Positions 6,576-13,997 of a stretch of 32,000 nt of DNA are shown piece by piece. Source of the stretch: Candidatus Omnitrophota bacterium (GTDB taxonomy: Bacteria; Omnitrophota; Gorgyraeia; Zapsychrales; JANLHA01); contig OY759724.1 of the NCBI GenBank assembly GCA_963662715.1, positions 1,380,001 through 1,412,000 on the forward strand, written 5' to 3'. The notes under the pieces were generated by a model, which ran no database searches, was not told where the DNA came from, and saw nothing but the letters and a program-made list of their open reading frames with translations. Position numbers and translations under genes: made by a program. Every line of letters begins with the position of its first letter. Positions within the stretch are counted from its first letter, which is position 1.

Positions 6576-6623
6576 TTCTCGTTTAGCGGTGTACGTTATT
6601 GGGTCAGAAGACGTAAAAAAAAC

Positions 6624-6652
6624 TTGACAAACAATTTTTCAGCGAGTATACT
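6624..6652 (+). promoter_or_regulatory. Sigma70-like promoter of the second amt-glnK operon
   Basis: TTGACA (6624-6629), a 17-nt spacer, then TATACT (6647-6652), with an A-run upstream. It is a paralogue of the promoter at 3342..3370. Confidence 0.6.
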
Positions 6653-6660
6653 TTTTTTAA

Positions 6661-6705
6661 CAAGAGCAACGAGGTTCTTGTGTAATTTAGCGGGCAAAGA
6701 TGTCC
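6661..6705 (+). promoter_or_regulatory. Candidate ANTAR-target dual hexaloop hairpins (leader 2, module 1)
   Basis: P1 is CAAGAGC[AACGAG]GUUCUUG at 6661-6680 (7 bp, one G-U). After an 11-nt linker, P2 is GGGC[AAAGAU]GUCC at 6692-6705. Both hexaloops have A at position 1 and G at position 4. The 3' arm of P2 overlaps the terminator stem. Confidence 0.5.
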
Positions 6706-6740
6706 TCAATAGGCTTAAGATAAGCCGTTGAGGATTTTTT
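6702..6740 (+). terminator. Intrinsic terminator 1 in leader 2
   Basis: Stem (G)UCCUCAA 6702-6709 / UUGAGGA(U) 6728-6735 with an inner stem GGCUU/AAGCC, followed by a U-run to 6740. Confidence 0.6.
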
Positions 6741-6751
6741 ATTGATGATAA

Positions 6752-6765
6752 GGGCATAGGCGTCC
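6752..6765 (+). promoter_or_regulatory. GGGC-hexaloop-GUCC hairpin (leader 2, module 2)
   Basis: GGGC[AUAGGC]GUCC. Its loop and 3' arm form the first 8 nt of the terminator stem that starts at 6758. Confidence 0.45.
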
Positions 6766-6803
6766 TTGTTAAGCGAAGAAGCTTTTCAAGGGCGCCTTTT
6801 TTT
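6758..6803 (+). terminator. Intrinsic terminator 2 in leader 2
   Basis: An 11-bp stem AGGCGUCCUUG (6758-6768) / CAAGGGCGCCU (6787-6797) with one G-U, and an inner hairpin AAGC[GAAGAA]GCUU, followed by UUUUUU (6798-6803). Confidence 0.7.
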
Positions 6804-6839
6804 ATTAATACACGGAGTCTTTTCAGGAGGGGAGGCCGT

Positions 6840-8177
6840 ATGAAAAAAGGAAAAAGGGTTAAACAGTGGGGGATTCTTGCATTTGTTCTGTGTTGCCTTT
6901 GTCCCACGCTCGCTTATGCGGAAGAAACAATCACAATCAGTACAGCCGGGTTGGACACGTTATGGGTTATGATCGCTGCATTCATGGTTTTCATTATGCA
7001 GGCAGGGTTCGGTATGCTGGAGGCCGGATTGATCCGGACAAAAAACACCTGTAATGTTCTTATGAATAATTTTTTGGATTTTTGTATGGCTTCTATGGGA
7101 TTTTTTATGTTTGGCTTTGCCCTGATGTTCGGGGCCGGAAACGGTTTTATCGGGACCAAGGGTTTTTTCCTGATTGATGCCGTATCTGACGGGCATTTAC
7201 CTTTATATGCAGAATGGTTTTTTCATGCGGTTTTCTGCGGAGCAGCAGCGACAATCGTTGCTGGCGGGGTTGCTGAGAGAATGAAATTTAAAGCTTACTT
7301 AATGTATTCGTTTATTATTTCTGCCACCGTTTATCCCGTTGTCGGGCACTGGATTTGGGGGGGAGGATGGCTTTCGAACCTGAATTTTGCCGATTTTGCC
7401 GGTTCAACCGTGGTCCATGCTGTCGGAGGCACGGCGGCTTTGGCCGGAACATATGTTTTGGGGCCGAGGATAGGGAAATACAACAAGGACGGGTCGGCGA
7501 ATGCGATTGAAGGGCATTCTATGACACTGGCATCTTTAGGGACATTAATTCTTTGGTTCGCCTGGTTTGGTTTTAATCCCGGCTCAACGTTAAGCGTCGG
7601 GGACGGAAGCGCCATCGCGCACGTTGCGGTTACGACGAATATGTCCGCTGTCGCCGGAGGTTTAACCGGCATGTTCTTTGCCTGGCATAAGTTCGGCAAG
7701 CCTGATTTGACCATGACCATGAACGGAGCTTTGGCCGGTTTAGTGGCGATTACGGCTCCCTGCGCTTTTGTGACCCCTTTAGAGGCGATTGTTATCGGGT
7801 CTATCGGCGGGATTATTGTCGTCATTGGCACGATTTTTCTGGATAAAATTCATATTGATGATCCGGTCGGCGCTGTTCCTGTTCATGCCATGAACGGCTT
7901 ATGGGGGACTTTGGCGGTCGGTATTTTTGGACACAAATCTTTAGGCTTGGCCAGAGACGGATTGCTGCACGGCGGCGGTTTTGCGCAGCTTGGCGTGCAG
8001 GCTTTGGGCGTTGTGACCGTTATGCTCTTTGTCGGCACGGTGATGCTTGTCGTCTTTAAAGCGCTTGATCATTTTGTCGGGTTACGGGTGACTCGGGAGG
8101 AAGAACTGAAAGGGTTGGATATCAGCCTGCACGGCATGGAAGCCTACTCCAGTTTTCAGGTTTTTACAACGCAATAA
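6840..8177 (+). CDS. amt: Ammonium transporter (Amt family), copy 2
   Basis: AGGAGGGGAGG SD and a signal peptide. It carries the same Amt hallmarks as copy 1 (MQAGFGMLEAG, YPVVGHWIWGGGWL, FAGSTVVH, DDPVGAVPVH) and a C-terminal ...GMEAYSSFQVFTTQ parallel to copy 1. Confidence 0.95.
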   Translation: MKKGKRVKQWGILAFVLCCLCPTLAYAEETITISTAGLDTLWVMIAAFMVFIMQAGFGMLEAGLIRTKNTCNVLMNNFLDFCMASMGFFMFGFALMFGAGNGFIGTKGFFLIDAVSDGHLPLYAEWFFHAVFCGAAATIVAGGVAERMKFKAYLMYSFIISATVYPVVGHWIWGGGWLSNLNFADFAGSTVVHAVGGTAALAGTYVLGPRIGKYNKDGSANAIEGHSMTLASLGTLILWFAWFGFNPGSTLSVGDGSAIAHVAVTTNMSAVAGGLTGMFFAWHKFGKPDLTMTMNGALAGLVAITAPCAFVTPLEAIVIGSIGGIIVVIGTIFLDKIHIDDPVGAVPVHAMNGLWGTLAVGIFGHKSLGLARDGLLHGGGFAQLGVQALGVVTVMLFVGTVMLVVFKALDHFVGLRVTREEELKGLDISLHGMEAYSSFQVFTTQ

Positions 8178-8229
8178 AAAATTTATGAAAGATAGGCTTC
8201 AGTGATCTTTATTAAAGGAGGGGAATGAT

Positions 8230-8571
8230 ATGAAGCTGGTTATAGCTATGATACAACCGCATAAACTGCCGGATGTAAAAAAGGCTTTGTTTGATGCTGA
8301 TGTGCATAAAATGACCGTCACCAATGTTCTCGGATGCGGTCAGCAGAAAGGGTTCAGCGAAACCTACCGGGGTGTCGTTCATGAAGTGAATCTGTTGAAA
8401 AAAGTCCGGCTGGAAATTGCCGTGAACGAAAATTTCCTGGACGCCACCATCAAAGCCATTATTAAAGGGGCTAAAACAGGAAAGATCGGGGACGGGAAGA
8501 TTCTGGTCCTTGATTTACAGGACTGTATCAGGATCCGGACCGGAGAAAAAGGGCGGGAGGCCATAGGATAA
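8230..8571 (+). CDS. glnK: PII nitrogen regulatory protein (GlnK type), copy 2
   Basis: AAGGAGGGG SD. The protein is 113 aa. I count 16 differences from copy 1 across 113 positions. Confidence 0.95.
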   Translation: MKLVIAMIQPHKLPDVKKALFDADVHKMTVTNVLGCGQQKGFSETYRGVVHEVNLLKKVRLEIAVNENFLDATIKAIIKGAKTGKIGDGKILVLDLQDCIRIRTGEKGREAIG

Positions 8572-8705
8572 TGTTCGTTGCCGTTTTTATCAGTGTTGGC
8601 ATTGTTGTGGGTGTTTCCCTGGCCATAAAACATTTTTGGCGACGGGTATTTTATACAAGAGAGGATCTCGTTAATGCTTTAAAACGTAATTTTAACGAAT
8701 CGTAG
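8571..8705 (+). CDS. Candidate 44-aa single-TM small protein translationally coupled to glnK2
   Basis: Its ATG overlaps the glnK2 stop (TAATG, 8569-8573), and GGGAGG lies 10 nt upstream. Translation: [44 protein letters not shown] (one TM helix plus a charged tail). It is below the ORF-track size cutoff. Confidence 0.4.
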   Translation: MFVAVFISVGIVVGVSLAIKHFWRRVFYTREDLVNALKRNFNES

Positions 8706-8744
8706 AGGAATGCCGTTGTGCAGAGCAGGGAAAGGAGAAGAGAT

Positions 8745-8843
8745 ATGTCGACGTTGGTTATGCATAAGGGGAACGGAACACCAAAGACCCCGGAAGATGT
8801 TGTAAAGCTTGTCAAAGAAAACAGTCTTTATTTTGATGTCTAA
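8745..8843 (+). CDS. 32-aa ORF resembling the extreme N-terminus of type I glutamine synthetase (a relic or a small/leader peptide)
   Basis: GGAG lies 7 nt upstream of ATG 8745. Translation: MSTLVMHKGNGTPKTPEDVVKLVKENSLYFDV. The ..EDVVKLVKEN..YF.. segment recalls GS-I N-termini such as ..[19 protein letters not shown].. (from memory). No GS-like continuation appears in any frame downstream. Confidence 0.3.
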   Translation: MSTLVMHKGNGTPKTPEDVVKLVKENSLYFDV

Positions 8844-8975
8844 CCATTAACAACAAGACAGGACTTTGAGTCCTAAAAACATTTCCTCTTTGGAGCTTCA
8901 TTGCTTATAATATTCCCTGAAAAAGGGGGACAACAAAGAAGCCTTATTTGAGGAAATGTTAAAACGGAGGGGAAA

Positions 8976-11081
8976 ATGGAAGAAATGTACGAACAAAAAA
9001 CAAACCAAACTGTTGCTGAGATTTACGGTCAGAATGTTTTCAGCCTCAAGGTGATGCGCAATTACCTGTCGGAGAAAGCGTATCAATCCTTGAGCAAAAC
9101 CATCAAAGACGGCGGGCCTCTTGATCCGGGGATTGCTGATGAAGTCGCCGATGCCATGAAAACATGGGCGATTTCAAAAGGGGCGACTCATTTTACGCAC
9201 TGGTTTCAGCCCTTAACGGGAACGACGGCCGAAAAACACGACTCCTTTATTGCTCCGGACGGAGAGGGCGGCGTGATACTGGAATTTTCCGGGAAGGAAT
9301 TGATCCAGGGCGAACCGGATGCCTCGAGTTTTCCTTCCGGGGGATTGCGTCCCACATTTGAAGCCAGAGGGTATACAGGATGGGACCCGACAAGTCCGGC
9401 CTTTATCAAGGAAGGGCCACAATGCGCTACGTTATGTATTCCGACCTATTTCATCGGGTGGAACGGCGAAGCTTTGGATAAGAAATCACCTCTTCTTCGC
9501 TCCATGAAAGCCCTTTCCAAGCAGGTTTGTCGGTTAGCCGAAATTTTCGGCATCTCCACGAGAGGTAAACGGGCTTACGCCACTTTAGGCGGTGAGCAGG
9601 AATATTTTCTGATCGACAAGGAGTTTTATCTGCAGCGCATTGACCTGGTTCAAACAGGCCGTACGCTCTTCGGCAAAGAACCGGCCAAGCATCAACAGAT
9701 GGCCGATCATTATTTCGGCGCCATCAAAGGCCGGGTCATGGGATTCATGGAAGATTTTGACCGGGAGATGTGGAGGCTGGGCGTTCCGACCACCACGCGT
9801 CATAATGAAGTGGCGCCGGGGCAGTATGAAGTGGCGCCGGTTTTTGAAAGTCTGAACCTGGCGGTTGATCACAACATGCTTTGTATGGAAGTGATGAAAC
9901 GCGTCGCAGAGAAACATGGCATGGTCTGTCTTTTGCATGAAAAGCCATTTGCCGGCATCAACGGGTCGGGCAAGCATAATAACTGGGCTATTGTCGGGCC
10001 TGATGGAAAGAACTGGCTGGATCCGGGTGATAACCCTCATGAAAATGCCAAGTTCCTCGTCATGCTCTGCGCCGTCATCAAAGCCGTGGATACTTACGCC
10101 GAAGCTTTACGCGCTTCCGTGGCCTCTGCCGGAAACGATCATCGTCTGGGGTCTCATGAAGCGCCTCCGGCGATTATCTCCATATTTTTAGGCGAACAGT
10201 TAACGGATATCATTGAACAGATTGAGAAAGGGGAAGCCAAGAGCTCGAAATCCGGCGGTGTTTTGGAAATAGGCGTGGATTCTCTGCCGACCCTGCCGAG
10301 GCACGCGACGGACCGCAACCGGACATCCCCGTTTGCCTTTACGGGTTCCAAATTTGAATTTCGTGCCGTGGGTTCCAACATGAGCCTCGCCGGGCCGAAC
10401 ATTATTCTCAATACGATTGTGGCTGACGCTCTGGATGAGATCTGTTCGAAGTTGCAGCGAGACCTGTCGGCGAAGAAGGACCTGAACAGCGCTATTCAGA
10501 AAGTTTTAAAGAGTATTATCAAAGAGCATAAGAGAATTATCTTTAACGGCGATAATTATACGGAAGACTGGCTGAAGGAAGCGACCAAGCGAAAACTTCC
10601 GAATTTGAAAACAACCCCCGAAGCTTTGGCGGCTATGAAGAATCCGGATGTCGTGGCTCTTTTTGAACGTCATGGTGTCTTGAGCAAAAAAGAGCTGATG
10701 TCCCGCAATGAAGTTTATCTGGAAGGGTACAACACAACGATTGATTACGAAGCCAAACTTGCCGCGGACATGGCCAAGACCCTGATTTTCCCGGCTGTCT
10801 TTAATTATCAGGAGGAATTGGCTAACAGCATTAAGTCAGCGGAGGCCGTCAATAAAGTTAAATCCCCTGCCGCCCGGAAGTTGCTTTTGGAAATCACCAA
10901 AGAATTGGAGACAGCTTTGAAGAAAACGGATAAGCTGGAGGGCGCTATCCGCAAGGCTGACAGCTTAAAAACCAAAGCGGCTATGGATGACTTGCGCGTG
11001 ACCGTAGACCGTTTGGAGGGCTTGGTTCCTGCTGATTACTGGCCGTTACCGTCTTACGCCGAAATGCTGTTTATTGTTTAA
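8976..11081 (+). CDS. glnN: Glutamine synthetase type III (GlnN)
   Basis: The 701-aa length is typical of GS-III. It has the N-terminal ..[26 protein letters not shown].. region, the [10 protein letters not shown] and [13 protein letters not shown] motifs, NGSGKHNNW, and a long C-terminal helical extension. Confidence 0.93.
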   Translation: MEEMYEQKTNQTVAEIYGQNVFSLKVMRNYLSEKAYQSLSKTIKDGGPLDPGIADEVADAMKTWAISKGATHFTHWFQPLTGTTAEKHDSFIAPDGEGGVILEFSGKELIQGEPDASSFPSGGLRPTFEARGYTGWDPTSPAFIKEGPQCATLCIPTYFIGWNGEALDKKSPLLRSMKALSKQVCRLAEIFGISTRGKRAYATLGGEQEYFLIDKEFYLQRIDLVQTGRTLFGKEPAKHQQMADHYFGAIKGRVMGFMEDFDREMWRLGVPTTTRHNEVAPGQYEVAPVFESLNLAVDHNMLCMEVMKRVAEKHGMVCLLHEKPFAGINGSGKHNNWAIVGPDGKNWLDPGDNPHENAKFLVMLCAVIKAVDTYAEALRASVASAGNDHRLGSHEAPPAIISIFLGEQLTDIIEQIEKGEAKSSKSGGVLEIGVDSLPTLPRHATDRNRTSPFAFTGSKFEFRAVGSNMSLAGPNIILNTIVADALDEICSKLQRDLSAKKDLNSAIQKVLKSIIKEHKRIIFNGDNYTEDWLKEATKRKLPNLKTTPEALAAMKNPDVVALFERHGVLSKKELMSRNEVYLEGYNTTIDYEAKLAADMAKTLIFPAVFNYQEELANSIKSAEAVNKVKSPAARKLLLEITKELETALKKTDKLEGAIRKADSLKTKAAMDDLRVTVDRLEGLVPADYWPLPSYAEMLFIV

Positions 11082-11102
11082 TTGAGTGGTTTTTTAAGAA
11101 AA

Positions 11103-11144
11103 ACCCTGGGGTCATCTGAGCGTGATTTGTCAGATGGCTCCAGG
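11103..11144 (+). other. Stable 16-bp stem-loop in the glnN-amidotransferase intercistronic region
   Basis: CCCUGGGGUCAUCUGA (11103-11118) pairs with UCAGAUGGCUCCAGGG (11129-11144): 16 bp including two G-U pairs, with a 10-nt loop. No U-tract follows. A smaller hairpin, GGUUUU/AAAACC (11088-11104), overlaps its 5' side. Confidence 0.45.
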
Positions 11145-11156
11145 GTGTCACTATGT

Positions 11157-11879
11157 ATGATCTTGTTTATCAAACATATCGATATCGAAGGCCCGGAAAC
11201 CCTGGGAGCCTTTTTCTCTCGGCAGGGGTATCGGACCGGTATCGTTGAAGTCTGGAAAGGAGAGCCTCTGCCTTCTGATGTGAGCCGTTTGCAGGCTGTT
11301 GTGGCTTTAGGCGGCCCGATGAATGTTTATGAAGAGGATGCCTGCCCCTTTTTAAAAGAGGACCATGTTTTTATTCAAAGGATTTTAGAACAGAATATCC
11401 CCTTCCTGGGGATTTGTTTGGGTTCCCAGCTTTTGGCCAAAGCCTGCGGCGCGAAAGTCTATAAAGCCCCGGAGCAGGAAATAGGGTTTTATCCCGTTGA
11501 GTTAACCGGGCCGGGTCAGCAGGACCCTCTTTTTGCCGGGCTGCCGGAGCGACTGGAGGTTTTTCAGTGGCATGGAGATACTTTTGATATTCCGCAGGGA
11601 GGCGTTTTGTTGGCTTCCGGAGGCTCCTGCCGGCATCAGGCTTTTCGCATAGGCCCTGTTGCTTACGGCTTGCAGTTTCATATTGAAATTACGGAGAAAA
11701 GCATTAGGGACTGGTCTGATGCGTATTTCCAGCCGCTTGATGATACGCATAAAAGGAAAAAAACGGAGATGCTGGCTGATTATGCCGGAAAGAAAGAAAA
11801 ATTTTGTAAGACGGCAGATAAGATATATAATAATCTATTAAAAATTATTCAGAAAAATAAAGTCAACACATTATCCTGA
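11157..11879 (+). CDS. Class I (triad) glutamine amidotransferase, stand-alone GuaA-N-like domain protein
   Basis: The start is set at ATG 11157, because the track start TTG 11082 would translate the hairpin region. It has the nucleophile elbow GICLGSQLL and a His/Glu pair in GLQFHIE. The overall layout is COG0518-like. Confidence 0.8.
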   Translation: MILFIKHIDIEGPETLGAFFSRQGYRTGIVEVWKGEPLPSDVSRLQAVVALGGPMNVYEEDACPFLKEDHVFIQRILEQNIPFLGICLGSQLLAKACGAKVYKAPEQEIGFYPVELTGPGQQDPLFAGLPERLEVFQWHGDTFDIPQGGVLLASGGSCRHQAFRIGPVAYGLQFHIEITEKSIRDWSDAYFQPLDDTHKRKKTEMLADYAGKKEKFCKTADKIYNNLLKIIQKNKVNTLS

Positions 11880-12069
11880 GTGTTTGCTTTGACCATCGGG
11901 TATAATCTGACGCCGCCTTGTTTCTCCGGAACACCGTCCTTGTTTAAACCATCTTCGTTTCAGGTGTTTTCTTAGAATGAAAAAGTCAATATCTGACTGA
12001 GGATCTGCGCACGGCCGCTGTCCCGGGAACAACGGCTGCCAGAAAGTTTTATTTAACAGTTGATTAGAA

Positions 12070-13749
12070 ATGATACGAATTGCTTTAGCCCAAATGAATG
12101 CCATTGTCGGTGATCTGGAAGGAAACCGGCAGAAAATTTTGCAGTTTATCCGGCAGGCCAGGGATAATGACGCTGATATGGTGATTTTCCCTGAACTGGC
12201 TGTTTGCGGATATCCGCCGGAGGACCTGCTGTTTAAGGACCATTTTGTCCAAGACAGCCTTAAGGCTTTAAAGGCGTTGAGTAAAGACGTTTCCGATATC
12301 ACCGTTGTTGTCGGTTATGTTGATCAGGATCAGAAGAAAAATATTTATAATGCTGCGGCTGTTATTCAGGATAAAAAAATCTGCGGCCGATATTTTAAAC
12401 AAAAATTACCCAATTACGGCGTGTTTGATGAAAAGCGTTACTTCACGGAAGGGCAGGAGAATTCATCCTTTCAGCTCAACGGAATTGTTTTCGGTCTCAG
12501 TATTTGCGAGGATCTCTGGACGGATGGGCCTTTGTTGAAACAGCAGATCAAACAGAAATTACAGCTTGTCGTGAATCTGGCCGCTTCTCCCTATGACTAC
12601 GGGAAACTCGAACAGCGGGAAAAAATTCTCAAGGACAGAGCCCGCCGGACGAACGCGTATGTCTGTTATTCCAACCTTGTGGGAGGCCAGGATGAGCTTG
12701 TTTTTGACGGAGGAAGCGTTATCGTCAATCAGCAGGGCCGGATCATTGCTCAGGGGAAGCAGTTTGAAGAAGATCTGGTTGTCGTGGACCTGCCTTTGAA
12801 CCCGGTGGCCAAGAAAAGAAGATCCCCGCAGGGGTGCATTGACCTGGGGGTGAAGACCAAGACCTTGAAATGTCCTTTAATACCGCATAAAGAGCGGCGG
12901 TACAGCCGCATGGAACGGGTTTTTCATGCTTTGGTGTTAGGGACGCGTGATTATGTCAGGAAAAACGGTTTCCAAAAAGTCGTTATAGGTTTAAGCGGGG
13001 GGATTGATTCCTCTTTGGTGGCCGCCGTCGCCTCGGAAGCTGTCGGGCATGAAAATGTTATCGGCATCTCCATGCCGTCTCATTTCACGTCTTCCGGCAC
13101 AAAAAAAGACGCTAAGATTCTGGCGGAGAATTTGAAGATAAAGTTTATTGAGATTTCTATTGAGCGAATTTTTAAAGCTTATCTGGATGAATTAGCCGTG
13201 CATTTTTCCGGCCTGCCGTTTAATGTGGCCGAGGAAAATATTCAGGCCCGTATTCGGGGAAATATTTTAATGGGATTTTCCAATAAGTTCGGCTGGCTGG
13301 TTTTGAACACAGGGAATAAAAGTGAAGTGGCTGTGGGGTACTGCACCCTTTATGGCGATCTGGCCGGAGGGTTTGCGGTGATAAAGGATATCCCTAAGAT
13401 GCAAGTTTTTAAATTGGTTAAATTTATAAACAGCAAGCATGCCGTTGTCCCGGAAACGGTCTTGACCAGGGCGCCTTCTGCCGAATTGCGAAACGATCAG
13501 AAAGATCAGGATACCCTGCCTCCCTATGAAGAATTGGACCGCCTGCTGAAGGCCTATGTCGAACAGCATCATTCTTTGATTCAGATGCAGAAAATCAGTA
13601 AGAACAAGGCGAAAATCCAGGATATTATTCGTATGGTGGACCAGAGTGAATATAAACGCCGGCAATCCCCCCCGGGGATAAAAATATCTACCCGGGCTTT
13701 CGGAAAAGACTGGCGGCTGCCCATTACAAACGGATATAGAGAGGATTGA
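12070..13749 (+). CDS. nadE: Glutamine-dependent NAD+ synthetase (CN-hydrolase domain plus NAD synthetase domain)
   Basis: The N-terminal nitrilase-type domain has MIRIALAQMN.., FPELAVCGYPPEDL and ICEDLW. The C-terminal domain has the PP-loop GLSGGIDSS and the conserved ..YKRRQSPPGIK.. tail. Confidence 0.92.
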   Translation: MIRIALAQMNAIVGDLEGNRQKILQFIRQARDNDADMVIFPELAVCGYPPEDLLFKDHFVQDSLKALKALSKDVSDITVVVGYVDQDQKKNIYNAAAVIQDKKICGRYFKQKLPNYGVFDEKRYFTEGQENSSFQLNGIVFGLSICEDLWTDGPLLKQQIKQKLQLVVNLAASPYDYGKLEQREKILKDRARRTNAYVCYSNLVGGQDELVFDGGSVIVNQQGRIIAQGKQFEEDLVVVDLPLNPVAKKRRSPQGCIDLGVKTKTLKCPLIPHKERRYSRMERVFHALVLGTRDYVRKNGFQKVVIGLSGGIDSSLVAAVASEAVGHENVIGISMPSHFTSSGTKKDAKILAENLKIKFIEISIERIFKAYLDELAVHFSGLPFNVAEENIQARIRGNILMGFSNKFGWLVLNTGNKSEVAVGYCTLYGDLAGGFAVIKDIPKMQVFKLVKFINSKHAVVPETVLTRAPSAELRNDQKDQDTLPPYEELDRLLKAYVEQHHSLIQMQKISKNKAKIQDIIRMVDQSEYKRRQSPPGIKISTRAFGKDWRLPITNGYRED

Positions 13750-13908
13750 TTTTTAGGCTTTAAATCTTAGTGATTGGGAAAAAATACTTTACGGTATTTT
13801 AGAATTTGTTTGAGCGATATTTTTGTCTTAACATATTGAAATAAATGGTTTTTTAAAAACAGGTGCCTGAAGTATTCATGAAATCATACGGCAGGGAAAT
13901 GTTTTTTC

Positions 13909-13936
13909 TTGTAATTATAATATTTATTAATATAAT
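13909..13936 (+). promoter_or_regulatory. Possible sigma70-like promoter for gltBD in a very AT-rich spacer
   Basis: TTGTAA (13909-13914), a 16-nt spacer, then TATAAT (13931-13936). The region is so AT-rich that hexamer matches are weak evidence. Confidence 0.25.
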
Positions 13937-13997
13937 ATTTTTAAAATTTTAACCGTTAAAAATAATAAAACCTTAAATCGGCAGGGAATAATTTCAA

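Noticed and set aside
6478-6627. 49-aa ORF overlapping the long hairpin after glnK1
   Set aside because: The nearest SD (AAGGAGG, 6452-6458) is 19 nt from the ATG. The ORF is threaded through both arms of an 18-bp inverted repeat and into the next promoter, so an RNA/DNA structure explains the region better.
8890-8906. Sigma54-like element TTGGAGCTTCATTGCTT upstream of glnN
   Set aside because: The GG to GC spacing is 11 nt (8892 to 8903) instead of the strict 12 nt seen, for example, in E. coli glnAp2. The -24 box is TGGAGC rather than TGGCAC. No EBP gene is visible nearby.
13899-13952. 17-codon upstream ORF (MFFLVIIIFINIIFLKF) before gltB
   Set aside because: The SD-like AGGGA abuts the ATG with essentially no spacing. 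The Ile/Phe-rich composition is what any frame of such AT-rich DNA gives. It is mentioned only as context for the duplicated CGGCAGGGAA box.
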